A DNA stretch of 64,000 nt, taken from an uncultured Pelagibacteraceae bacterium (lineage in GTDB: Bacteria; Pseudomonadota; Alphaproteobacteria; Pelagibacterales; Pelagibacteraceae). Within the stretch, counting starts at the first letter, position 1; each line of letters starts with the position of its first letter. Position numbers and translations under genes: made by a program. Shown piece by piece: positions 19,916 through 28,834 of the stretch. A model generated the notes under the pieces. It worked only from the letters and a program-made list of their open reading frames with translations, made no database searches and was not told the origin of the DNA. The DNA is taken from NCBI GenBank assembly GCA_902591535.1, contig CACJBA010000003.1, forward strand, positions 22,859 through 86,858. Direction: 5' to 3'.

Positions 19916-20536
19916 ATGAAATTAGTAAAAGACACAGACGACAAAAATTTAGACATAAAAAAGGTTTCGGATAAAGAAGCTGAAGAGGCTATCAGGACAA
20001 TTTTATCTTGGATGGGAGAAGACCCTAAAAGAGAAGGGTTATTAGAAACTCCTAAAAGAGTTGTAAAAGCATTCAAAGAATATTTTCAAGGTTATGGTGA
20101 GGATGCAAAGAAAGTTTTAGACAAAACTTTCGGTGATGTAGAGGGTTACAGTGATATGGTTGTTCAAAAAAATATTTCAGTGCAAAGTCATTGTGAACAT
20201 CATATGGCTCCAATTATTGGAAAGGCCCACGTTGCATATATACCAAATGAAAGAGTTGTTGGATTGAGTAAAATTGCAAGAGTAGTTGAAATATTTTCAA
20301 AAAGATTACAGACACAAGAGAGATTAACAGTTCAAATAGCTAATACATTAATGGAAGCATTGGACGCAAAAGGTGTTGCGGTAACTATTGATTCAACTCA
20401 CCAGTGTATGACGATGAGAGGAATTAAAAAAGAACAAGCAACAACAGTAACTAATTTTTACTTAGGTCAATTTAAAGAGGATTTAAGTTATCAAAATAGA
20501 TATTTACGATTTATCAGCACTACGTTAAAAGATTAA
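19916..20536 (+). CDS. folE: GTP cyclohydrolase I
   Basis: REGLLETPKRV, SHCEHH, GLSK, QTQERLT, HQCMTMRG. Confidence 0.96.
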   Translation: MKLVKDTDDKNLDIKKVSDKEAEEAIRTILSWMGEDPKREGLLETPKRVVKAFKEYFQGYGEDAKKVLDKTFGDVEGYSDMVVQKNISVQSHCEHHMAPIIGKAHVAYIPNERVVGLSKIARVVEIFSKRLQTQERLTVQIANTLMEALDAKGVAVTIDSTHQCMTMRGIKKEQATTVTNFYLGQFKEDLSYQNRYLRFISTTLKD

Positions 20537-20537
20537 T

Positions 20538-21542
20538 GTGTCTGATCAATTTAAAGCGTTAATCCTTAATCAAGAAGGCGAAACTTTCACACGTGATGTT
20601 AAATCTATTGATAAAAGTTTCTTAAAACACGGAGATGTAACTGTAAAAGTTGAATACTCTGGTTTGAATTATAAAGATGCTTTAATTTTAAAAAATGGTG
20701 CAAGACTTGTAAAAGAATTCCCACATATACCAGGTATAGATTTTTCTGGTACAGTTGAGGAGAGCAATAGCGATCAATTCAAACCCGGAGACGAGGTTAT
20801 TTTGACAGGTTGGCGCGTTGGTGAAATTTATTATGGTGGTTATTCTCAATATGCAAAGGTAGATAGTAAATTTCTAGTAAAAAAACCTAAAGACCTAACA
20901 TTAAAACAAACAATGATAATTGGAACCGCAGGTTTAACAGCATTACAATGTGCATTTGTAACAAAATTGACAAGAGAAGAATTGCTATTAGGAGACAAAG
21001 TTAATGATGTTATTGTGAGTGGATCATCGGGCGGTGTTGGAAGTATAGCAATTATGATTTTAAATAAATTAGGATGCAATGTTACAGCAGTGACTGGAAA
21101 AAATAATAATATTGAATATTTGAAATTACTTGGTGCAAAAAACGTTATAAATACTGAAGAATTAACTAAAGATGCCCGAACTCTAGACAAAGGTCTTTGG
21201 GACGGTGCTGTTGATACTGTTGGAGGTAAAGTTTTAGAAAATATACTTTCGCAAACAAAGGATGCAGGTATAGTTGCCTGCTGTGGAAACGCTGCTGATA
21301 TAAAATTAAATACAACAGTGATGCCATTTATTATAAGAGGAGTTAAACTTTGGGGAATTAATTCTGTTACAGTATCCAATGTAAGAAGAAAATTTTTGTG
21401 GAGCGAGGTATCAAAATTAGTTGATTTTGAATTACTAAATAAATCGATCAAAGAAATCAATTTGGAAGAGGTAAATGATGTTTATTCAAAAATGCTTAAA
21501 GGAGAAACATCCGGTAGATATATAATAAATTTGAGTAAGTAA
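20538..21542 (+). CDS. acuI: Acryloyl-CoA reductase AcuI/YhdH family (MDR)
   Basis: LNYKDAL, PGIDFSG, GTAGLTA, GGVGS, VDTVGG, PFIIRGV. Confidence 0.85.
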   Translation: MSDQFKALILNQEGETFTRDVKSIDKSFLKHGDVTVKVEYSGLNYKDALILKNGARLVKEFPHIPGIDFSGTVEESNSDQFKPGDEVILTGWRVGEIYYGGYSQYAKVDSKFLVKKPKDLTLKQTMIIGTAGLTALQCAFVTKLTREELLLGDKVNDVIVSGSSGGVGSIAIMILNKLGCNVTAVTGKNNNIEYLKLLGAKNVINTEELTKDARTLDKGLWDGAVDTVGGKVLENILSQTKDAGIVACCGNAADIKLNTTVMPFIIRGVKLWGINSVTVSNVRRKFLWSEVSKLVDFELLNKSIKEINLEEVNDVYSKMLKGETSGRYIINLSK

Positions 21543-22429
21543 TGGATTGGGATAAATTAAAAATTTTTCATGCTGTAGCAGAAGCTGGTAGTTTTACAAA
21601 TGCTACTGTAAATTTGAATCTCAGCCAATCGGCTATTAGTAGGCAAATCCAATCACTAGAACAAGATTTAAAAGTACAATTATTCGAAAGACATGCAAGA
21701 GGTTTAACCCTAACCCAAAATGGAGAATATGTTTTTAAAACTGCTCATGAAGTAATTAGCAAGCTTAAAGAAGTTGAAACATCCTTAGGCGATCAAAAAA
21801 ACAAACCATCAGGTAAATTAATGATTACTACAGTTAGAAGTTTTGGTACGCACTGGTTAACTCCAAGAATTCAAGAATTTATGTCACTTAATCCAGAGAT
21901 TGAGATTGAGTTAGTTTTTGATGATAAAGAATTAGACCTAAGTACTCGTCAAGCAGACATAGGTATTTTTATGAGAAGACCAAAACAACTAAATTATATT
22001 CAAAAAAAATTAGTTGATATTAAGTATTATATATATGGATCTAATAAGTATTTAGAAAAATATGGAATGCCAAAAACAGTTAATGATTTAAATAAACATA
22101 AATTTATTTCATTTGGAAAAGGTGCTCCATCACCAGTTTATAATCCTGATTGGGCGTTAAAAATTGGGATGCATGATGGAAAAAAACGAAAATCTATAAT
22201 GAAGGTTAATAGTGTTAGTGGATTGTTGTACGGTGTTGAATCAGGTGTGGGACTAGCAGCATTACCAGAATATTTAGTATCAAATAGCAACAACATCATT
22301 AAAGTGCTTCCAAAAATAGAAGGTCCAATAACCGAAGCACATTTTGTTTATCCTCAATCATTAAAGAACACAGCTAGAGTTCAGGCTTTCAGAAATTTCC
22401 TATTTAGTAAAATAGGCGACTGGAAATAG
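21542..22429 (+). CDS. LysR family regulator (VtlR/LsrB-like)
   Basis: N-terminal HTH MDWDKLKIFHAVAEAGSFT...LSQSAISRQI...LFERHARGL. Confidence 0.9.
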   Translation: MDWDKLKIFHAVAEAGSFTNATVNLNLSQSAISRQIQSLEQDLKVQLFERHARGLTLTQNGEYVFKTAHEVISKLKEVETSLGDQKNKPSGKLMITTVRSFGTHWLTPRIQEFMSLNPEIEIELVFDDKELDLSTRQADIGIFMRRPKQLNYIQKKLVDIKYYIYGSNKYLEKYGMPKTVNDLNKHKFISFGKGAPSPVYNPDWALKIGMHDGKKRKSIMKVNSVSGLLYGVESGVGLAALPEYLVSNSNNIIKVLPKIEGPITEAHFVYPQSLKNTARVQAFRNFLFSKIGDWK

Positions 22430-22481
22430 ATATTCCCAAAAACCCTTATAAATACTGAAGAACGCAATATGCGACACTATT

Positions 22482-22517
22482 GCGATTGATAATCATTCTC
22501 ATTGAGAATAGTTCTCA
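22482..22517 (+). promoter_or_regulatory. Tandem Fur-like boxes upstream of the Fe(III) binding protein
   Basis: GCGATTGATAATCATTCTC (22482-22500) matches GATAATGATAATCATTATC at 15/19. Two 7-1-7 units: TGATAAT-C-ATTCTCA (22487-22501) and TGAGAAT-A-GTTCTCA (22503-22517). Confidence 0.85.
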
Positions 22518-22549
22518 TTCTCAAAATAACGATAATTTTAAGGAAAAAC

Positions 22550-23578
22550 ATGAAAAAAATATCAATTTTAACATTGATTGTTTCTTTATTTGTATCAGCT
22601 TTTGCTGTTGCAAATGAAGTAAACATATTCAATGCAAGACACTATAAAGCTGATGCTGAAATGTATGATAAATTTACAGCAGCTACTGGTATTAAAGTAA
22701 ATTTAATTAATGGTAAATCAGGAGCTTTAGAAAAAAGAATAGCCGAAGAAGGAGTAGATTCTTCAGCTGATCTTTATATCACTGCGGATGCTGGAAGATG
22801 TGGGGCAATGGATGCTAAAGGTTTACTTCAAGGTGGTTTATCATCAAAAACAATAAGAGCGTCTGTTCCAAAAAACTTCAGAACGAACAAATGGGTTGGA
22901 GTAGCAAAAAGAGCACGAATAATTTATTACTCCCCTGAAAGAGTTAGTGGTGCTGAATTATCTGGTTTAACTTATGAAGGTTTAGCTGATCCAAAATGGA
23001 AAGGTAGATTGGTAATAAGAAAATCAAGCAATATTTATAACAAATCGCTTGTGGCTTCATTAATAGAAAACAATGGAAAAAAAGCTACAGCTGAATGGGC
23101 AAAAGGTGTTGTTGCGAACATGGCAAGAGAGCCTAAAGGTAATGACAGGGCTCAAATTATGGCTGTTGCAGCAGGAGAAGCAGATATTGCGGTAGCAAAC
23201 ACTTATTATTTAGCACTTATGTTGTCTGGTAATAAAGGTGCAGAGCAACAAGCAGCTGCTAAAAAGGTAAAAGCATTTTTCCCTAATCAAAACGACAGAG
23301 GAACACATATGAATATCAGTTGTGCTGCTTTAGTCAAGGGAGCACCAAATAAAGCAAATGCGATTGCACTTGTTGACTTTTTGCTATCAGCAGAATCTCA
23401 AGAACACTTTACGAATAATACTTTTGAGTTTCCAATGATAGGTGGAGTTTCTCCAAGTCCATTAGTAGTAAATAATTTAGGTTTAGATTTTAAACAAGAT
23501 CTAGCAACTAAAGTTTCTAGTTATGGAAAAAATCAAGCTGCTGCATTAGAAGTAATGACAGCTGCTGGTTGGAAGTAA
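22550..23578 (+). CDS. fbpA: Fe(III) ABC transporter substrate-binding protein (FbpA/FutA; called SfuC in the SAR11 literature)
   Basis: Start reassigned to ATG 22550 (SD AAGGA, signal peptide); ARHY, TADAG, NIYNKSL, ANTYY tyrosine ligands. Confidence 0.92.
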   Translation: MKKISILTLIVSLFVSAFAVANEVNIFNARHYKADAEMYDKFTAATGIKVNLINGKSGALEKRIAEEGVDSSADLYITADAGRCGAMDAKGLLQGGLSSKTIRASVPKNFRTNKWVGVAKRARIIYYSPERVSGAELSGLTYEGLADPKWKGRLVIRKSSNIYNKSLVASLIENNGKKATAEWAKGVVANMAREPKGNDRAQIMAVAAGEADIAVANTYYLALMLSGNKGAEQQAAAKKVKAFFPNQNDRGTHMNISCAALVKGAPNKANAIALVDFLLSAESQEHFTNNTFEFPMIGGVSPSPLVVNNLGLDFKQDLATKVSSYGKNQAAALEVMTAAGWK

Positions 23579-23585
23579 ATAATAA

Positions 23586-23774
23586 GTGAAAAAGAATTTA
23601 TTTAATTTTAATTTAAGTAATTCTTCTGGCACGAGCGGTTCACTTGAGGGTCAGATAACATGTGAACCATGCTCGTCAGAGTGTGAAAAAATTAAAAGAA
23701 AAATAAATAATAGAAAATTATCTGAGATTGAAAAAGACGAGGCTCTAGACATCCTCACTCCTTTTAAACGATGA
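23586..23774 (+). CDS. Small hypothetical protein with CxxCxxxC motif
   Basis: GTG start 7 nt after the fbpA stop; CEPCSSEC; fills an otherwise empty gap. Confidence 0.5.
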   Translation: MKKNLFNFNLSNSSGTSGSLEGQITCEPCSSECEKIKRKINNRKLSEIEKDEALDILTPFKR

Positions 23775-23794
23775 TATATTTCTTTTTAGACACG

Positions 23795-23850
23795 TGCCCA
23801 CGTCACTCTCCTTTAGGATCTTTACCCTTTCCTAAAAATTGTCGTGGGCA
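23795..23850. ncRNA. Candidate structured RNA element (nested GC-rich hairpin)
   Basis: TGCCCACG (23795-802) pairs with CGTGGGCA (23843-850); inner TTTAGGA (23812-818) pairs with TCCTAAA (23830-836); pyrimidine-rich loops. Confidence 0.5.
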
Positions 23851-23859
23851 TTAAAAATT

Positions 23860-24405
23860 ATGATAGAAGGATTTAAAATACCTCAAGTAACTTTTAGAAT
23901 TAGAGAAGGTGATACTTCGGATAATGAAGTTGCATGCGCAATTGGAGGAAAGTGGACTAGTAAGACCACAGATGATTTTTTTAAAAATAAAAGAGTAATT
24001 TTGTTTAGTTTGCCTGGCGCTTTTACGCCAACTTGTTCTTCTCAACAATTACCTGGATTTGAAAATAATGCCGATAAATTGAAAAAGTTAGGCATTGATG
24101 AAATTTATTGTTGCTCAGTGAATGACTCATACGTGATGAATGCTTGGGCAAAAAAGATGAATATTTCTAATGTTAAAGTAATACCAGATGGATCAGGGCT
24201 TTTTACAAAATACATGGGAATGCTAATTTCTAAAGATCATGATGGATTTGGTCAAAGAAGTTGGAGATATATGGCTATTATAAAAGACGGTATTGTTGAA
24301 AAATGGTGGCAGGAGCCAGGAATTAATAATTCAGGCTCAGATGATGACCCATATGTAGAAACAACGCCAGAAAACTCAATAAAGTATCTTTCTGCATCAA
24401 AGTAA
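23860..24405 (+). CDS. Peroxiredoxin (Prx5/redoxin type)
   Basis: LPGAFTPTCS, SVND.YVM.AW, RSWRY; start placed at ATG 23860. Confidence 0.93.
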   Translation: MIEGFKIPQVTFRIREGDTSDNEVACAIGGKWTSKTTDDFFKNKRVILFSLPGAFTPTCSSQQLPGFENNADKLKKLGIDEIYCCSVNDSYVMNAWAKKMNISNVKVIPDGSGLFTKYMGMLISKDHDGFGQRSWRYMAIIKDGIVEKWWQEPGINNSGSDDDPYVETTPENSIKYLSASK

Positions 24406-24445
24406 AATTATATTAAAAAATTTTTTTTATATTATAAGACCCTTA

Positions 24446-26065
24446 ATGTTAAAAAGTTTAAATATTTGGGTACTATCATCATTGATAATTTCGATAGGTG
24501 TATTAATTCCAATCACAACAGTTTTTTTTAGTTTCTTTGAGGAAACTTCAAATTATTATCAAATACTTAAAGATACTTTTCTACTTGAGTATATTTTTAA
24601 TTCTTTCACATTGTTAGTAAGTGTTTTGATGCTAACATTCATTATTGGAACAGCTTGCGCATATTTAGTTTCTTTTTACAAATTTCCTTTTAGTGATTTT
24701 TTTAAATGGGCACTTATACTATCTTTTGCCGTCCCACCTTATATCTACGCATATTCATTAACAGCTTTCTTTGAAAATTATGGTACAGCTTTTACAATCT
24801 TAACTAACTTATTTGGTGAAGGTGAATACAATAGAAATATTCCAAAGTTTGATGGTCTTCTTGGAGCAGTACTTTCCCTTTCTTTCTCATTATATGCTTA
24901 TGTGTATATCCTTTCTAGAGCATCGTTTTTATATCAATCACAAAACTTGATTGATTTGGGAAGAAGTTTAGGCTTTTCAAAATTGAAGTCTTTATTTTCT
25001 TTAATATTACCAGCTGCCAGGCCAGCCATTGTAGCTGGACTTTCTCTAGTTGCAATGGAGACACTAGCAGAATTTGGTGCAGTTGATTTTTTTTCTATTA
25101 ATACATTGACTACAGGAATATATAATTCATGGATTACATTTGACGATCTGGCTTTTTCAAATCGATTATCGTTTTTTTTACTAATTTTTATATTTGCATG
25201 TTTTGTAATTGAGAATTTTTCAAGAAAGAAAGCTAGATACCATTTTAATTCAAAGGGAGGATTTAAACAAAAAGAAAAAATTACTCTAACTGGAAACAAA
25301 TCTTTTTTTGCATTTATATTTTGTTTTCTTATTTTCTTTTTAAGTTTTTTATTTCCTTTAAGTCAAATGTTGTATTGGACTATAAAATTTCCAGAAAATC
25401 TTTTTGATATTGATATAGTTTCACTTACTTTAAATACTATTTATTTAGTAATTCTATCAAGTTTAGTACTAATTATTTTCTCTCTTATTTCAAATTACGG
25501 AAATAGAGTTTCTAAAAATAAAATTTTAAACTTTTTATCCACACTATCGATATCAGGTTATGCTATCCCTGGTGTTATTTTAGCAGTTGCATTTATTACA
25601 TTTATTGCTTGGTTTGATGAAAATATTGTCAAATCTTTAGGATTTTTGTCTATTAAAAAAGTTTTTATTGGTTCTGTTTTCGGTCTGGTTTTAGTTTACT
25701 TTGTAAGATTTTATTCTTTAGCCTTTAATGGAATTAAATCTGGATATGAAAAAATAAACATTTCAGTAGATGAAAGCTCATATTTACTTGGTTATTCAAA
25801 ACAAAAAACCTTTTTAAATATTCATGTACCTTTTTTAAGAAATTCACTTTTATTTGTAGCTATTTTGATTTCTTTAGAAATTATAAGAGAACTCCCAATA
25901 ACTCTCATTTTAAGACCTTTTAACTTTGAAACATTTGCAACTACAGCTTATATATCTGCATCAGAAGATTTATTAGAAGCGGCTGCAGTTCCATCATTAT
26001 TTTTAATTTTGATTGCAACTATATTTATTATGCTTACATCTAAATATATTCTTAGAGAAAAATGA
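24446..26065 (+). CDS. fbpB: Fe(III) ABC transporter permease
   Basis: Two BPD_transp_1 repeats; ARPAIVAG, ETLAEFG, ELPITLILRPFNFET. Confidence 0.92.
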   Translation: MLKSLNIWVLSSLIISIGVLIPITTVFFSFFEETSNYYQILKDTFLLEYIFNSFTLLVSVLMLTFIIGTACAYLVSFYKFPFSDFFKWALILSFAVPPYIYAYSLTAFFENYGTAFTILTNLFGEGEYNRNIPKFDGLLGAVLSLSFSLYAYVYILSRASFLYQSQNLIDLGRSLGFSKLKSLFSLILPAARPAIVAGLSLVAMETLAEFGAVDFFSINTLTTGIYNSWITFDDLAFSNRLSFFLLIFIFACFVIENFSRKKARYHFNSKGGFKQKEKITLTGNKSFFAFIFCFLIFFLSFLFPLSQMLYWTIKFPENLFDIDIVSLTLNTIYLVILSSLVLIIFSLISNYGNRVSKNKILNFLSTLSISGYAIPGVILAVAFITFIAWFDENIVKSLGFLSIKKVFIGSVFGLVLVYFVRFYSLAFNGIKSGYEKINISVDESSYLLGYSKQKTFLNIHVPFLRNSLLFVAILISLEIIRELPITLILRPFNFETFATTAYISASEDLLEAAAVPSLFLILIATIFIMLTSKYILREK

Positions 26066-27123
26066 AAAATAATTTTTTAGAAATTAAAAATGTTGATTTC
26101 ACAATTGGTGGAAAAATAAAAGTTAAAAATGCTTCATTTGTTATTGAAAACGAAGGTGAAACTTTATGTATTTTGGGGCCTTCAGGAATTGGAAAGACAA
26201 CAATACTAAGAACAATAGCTGGTTTAGAAAAAGTTGAAAAGGGTTCAGTAAAATTAAATGGTAAATTATTATCTTCCAAAGACAAACATGTTGAGCCTGA
26301 ACATAGAAATGTATCTTTAGCTTTTCAGGATAATAGCTTATTTCCACATTATACAGTTGAAAAGAATATAGTATTAGGTTCTGAAAGAAATAAATCAAAA
26401 AAGAAAAAAAAACTTGGTTTTAAGGAAATTATCAATTTGCTAGATATTTCAAAGATACTTAAAAAATATCCACACGAAATAAGTGCTGGAGAAGCACAGA
26501 GAGCTTCTCTTGCAAGATCTTTATTAACGCAACCTGATCTTTTATTATTAGATGAACCATTATCAAATGTTGATCAAAGTTTTAAAGAAGAAATTCAAGT
26601 AAGATTGAAAAAAATTTTAGGTAAATTAAAAATTACAACAATAATCGTAACTCACGACTCTTACGAAGCTTTTTATTTAGGAAATAAGTGTGCAATTATA
26701 CTCGATGGTCAAATAAAACAGTTTGATGATCCTTATAATGTATATCATTTTCCAAACTCAGTAGAAGTAGTGAATTTTTTAAATAGAGGTATTTTAATTC
26801 CAGCAAAAGTAACTGGAGAAAATTCATTGGAAAATAAAGATCTAGGCACTATTAAAGGTAATTTTATTAAGCATTACCCAAAAGGTTCAAATGTACAATT
26901 GTTATTACAGCCGGAAGATCTTGAACATGACGATAAAAGCAATCTAAAATTGGAAGTAGTTGATAGAAAATTTAGAGGTACCAACTTTATTTATACTTTA
27001 AAAACCAGTAGTGATTTGTTAATACCAGTTTTTGTACATTCTCATCACGAACATCAACATGAAGCCGACGAAAAGTTTGGAATTAAAAGACCGATTAATA
27101 TTGATCACATAGTTTGTTTTTAA
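26062..27123 (+). CDS. fbpC: Fe(III) ABC transporter ATP-binding protein
   Basis: GPSGIGKTT, FQDNSLFPH, LLLDEP, VTHD; TOBE-like C-terminus. Confidence 0.92.
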   Translation: MKNNFLEIKNVDFTIGGKIKVKNASFVIENEGETLCILGPSGIGKTTILRTIAGLEKVEKGSVKLNGKLLSSKDKHVEPEHRNVSLAFQDNSLFPHYTVEKNIVLGSERNKSKKKKKLGFKEIINLLDISKILKKYPHEISAGEAQRASLARSLLTQPDLLLLDEPLSNVDQSFKEEIQVRLKKILGKLKITTIIVTHDSYEAFYLGNKCAIILDGQIKQFDDPYNVYHFPNSVEVVNFLNRGILIPAKVTGENSLENKDLGTIKGNFIKHYPKGSNVQLLLQPEDLEHDDKSNLKLEVVDRKFRGTNFIYTLKTSSDLLIPVFVHSHHEHQHEADEKFGIKRPINIDHIVCF

Positions 27124-27135
27124 TAAAACAAGCAA

Positions 27136-27822
27136 ATGCTTACCAAAAAACAATTATTCACTAGAGGCATGCTGGATATTTCTCCACATATGCTATCTGT
27201 TATTCCATTTGGAATAATTTGTGGAGCAATTGGAGTTGAGCTTGGTTTTAATCCATATTTAGTTTACGCAATGTCTTTTATTATTTTTGGAGGCGCATCA
27301 CAAATAGTTTTTTTACAGTTGTTATCAGGAGGCGCGTCTAGTTTAGTTGCTGTTACCTCTGTTGGAATCATAAATTCTCGGCATTTATTATATGGAGCGG
27401 TTTTATCTGAATATTTAGAGAAATTATCTTTTATTAAAAAATTATTAATTTCTTATGTTGTAGTAGATCAAGGTTTTGCAGAGTCTAATAAATTTTTTAA
27501 AAAAAATAGAAGTGAAGAATATTTACATTACCACCTAATTGGTACAGGTTGCACAATGTGGGTTTGTTGGCAGATTGCAACCCTTTCAGGAATAATCTTA
27601 GGATCTTTTGTTCCGGAAGAACTTGGATTGAAATTTGCAATACCTTTAACTTTTATAGCTATTGTTGTTCAAGATTTAAAAAAAATTGATCATGTGATTG
27701 TTATGATTACTTGTGGAATGAGTTCTTTATTATTTTTTGATGCCCCATTTAAATCTTACATAATTATCTCACCAGTAATCGCTTTGTTCGTTGCCGCACT
27801 ATTATTGAGGTTGAAAAAATGA
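27136..27822 (+). CDS. azlC: AzlC family branched-chain amino acid exporter
   Basis: FGIICGA, FGGASQ, NSRHLLYG, GLKFAIPLTF. Confidence 0.88.
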   Translation: MLTKKQLFTRGMLDISPHMLSVIPFGIICGAIGVELGFNPYLVYAMSFIIFGGASQIVFLQLLSGGASSLVAVTSVGIINSRHLLYGAVLSEYLEKLSFIKKLLISYVVVDQGFAESNKFFKKNRSEEYLHYHLIGTGCTMWVCWQIATLSGIILGSFVPEELGLKFAIPLTFIAIVVQDLKKIDHVIVMITCGMSSLLFFDAPFKSYIIISPVIALFVAALLLRLKK

Positions 27823-28136
27823 CCTTGGCATCAATTATAGCTGCTGGGATATTAACTTATTTCACTAGAATGACTATGATCGCGTTAATTAGTAGAGATA
27901 TGTTGGGAGATAAAATCAAAGCTGTATTAGAATATGTTCCTTCTGCAGTATTCCCAGCAATAATATTTCCGGGAATATTTATAAATGATTTTGGAACTTT
28001 TATAGAAATGAATGATCCCAAAATTTTTGGAGCATTAATTGCTGTAATAGTAGGTTATTTTTCTAAAAATATTATCGCAACAATTTCAGCTGGATTAGTT
28101 TCTTATTGGTTTTTAATATTTGTAGTATTTAATTAG
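27819..28136 (+). CDS. azlD: AzlD family protein
   Basis: TYFTR, LEYVPSAVFPAII; small hydrophobic partner of AzlC. Confidence 0.85.
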   Translation: MTLASIIAAGILTYFTRMTMIALISRDMLGDKIKAVLEYVPSAVFPAIIFPGIFINDFGTFIEMNDPKIFGALIAVIVGYFSKNIIATISAGLVSYWFLIFVVFN

Positions 28137-28812
28137 CGCCTAATTTTATATTTCTACTTACATTAATATCTATTAATTTTGGTTTTGCTAAATTTAGGTT
28201 TGACATGAGTTCTACATACTCATCAACATTATTAACTTGCAATCTTGGATTAAATTTTTTTTCATTACCAATTGTACTAAATTCTTTGCCGTTATAATCA
28301 TGACCAGGATATAAAATGGTATCCTCAGATAATTTTAACAATCTATTAAAGATCGAGTTATAAGCATCCTTTGAACTACCATTTTGAAAGTCAGTTCTAC
28401 CAGTTCCATTTATTAAGAGAGTATCTCCCGAAAATAAATATTTATTCATTAAGAAACTATAGCTGTCAGAAGTATGTCCTGGAGTATACATTGCTTTAAT
28501 TTCTATTTGATCAATTTTTATTATTTCATCATCTTTTACTTTAACTTCTACAGCATCAGCAGGCGTGTGTTCCCCCATAAGCGTTGAGCAATTTGTTGCT
28601 TGCTTGAGTTTACTTGCACCAGTTACATGGTCAGCATGAATATGAGTATCTATTACCTTAACTAGTTTTAAATCTAATTCTTGAAGTAATTTAATGTAGC
28701 TTTCAACATTCTCAATTACTGGATCAATTATGACTGCCTCGCGACCTTTTGCCGACGCAATTAAATAAGTATAGGTTGATGATTTATTATCAAAAACTTG
28801 TCTAAAAATCAT
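28129..28812 (-). CDS. Persulfide dioxygenase (ETHE1-like MBL fold)
   Basis: TYTYL, DPV, THIHADHVTG, TPGHT, GRTDFQNG, PGHDY, NPRL. Confidence 0.88.
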   Translation of the reverse strand: MIFRQVFDNKSSTYTYLIASAKGREAVIIDPVIENVESYIKLLQELDLKLVKVIDTHIHADHVTGASKLKQATNCSTLMGEHTPADAVEVKVKDDEIIKIDQIEIKAMYTPGHTSDSYSFLMNKYLFSGDTLLINGTGRTDFQNGSSKDAYNSIFNRLLKLSEDTILYPGHDYNGKEFSTIGNEKKFNPRLQVNNVDEYVELMSNLNLAKPKLIDINVSRNIKLGAN

Positions 28813-28834
28813 TTATCATTAATATCAAATTATA

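Noticed and set aside
20846-21460. 204-aa minus-strand ORF, and the many other 60-120 aa ORFs nested in or opposite real genes
   Set aside because: They lie within well-supported genes (here acuI) and have no motifs; expected from codon bias.
22502-22549. Track start of the iron SBP at TTG 22502
   Set aside because: It lies in the Fur-like boxes; ATG 22550 has an SD and gives a proper signal peptide.
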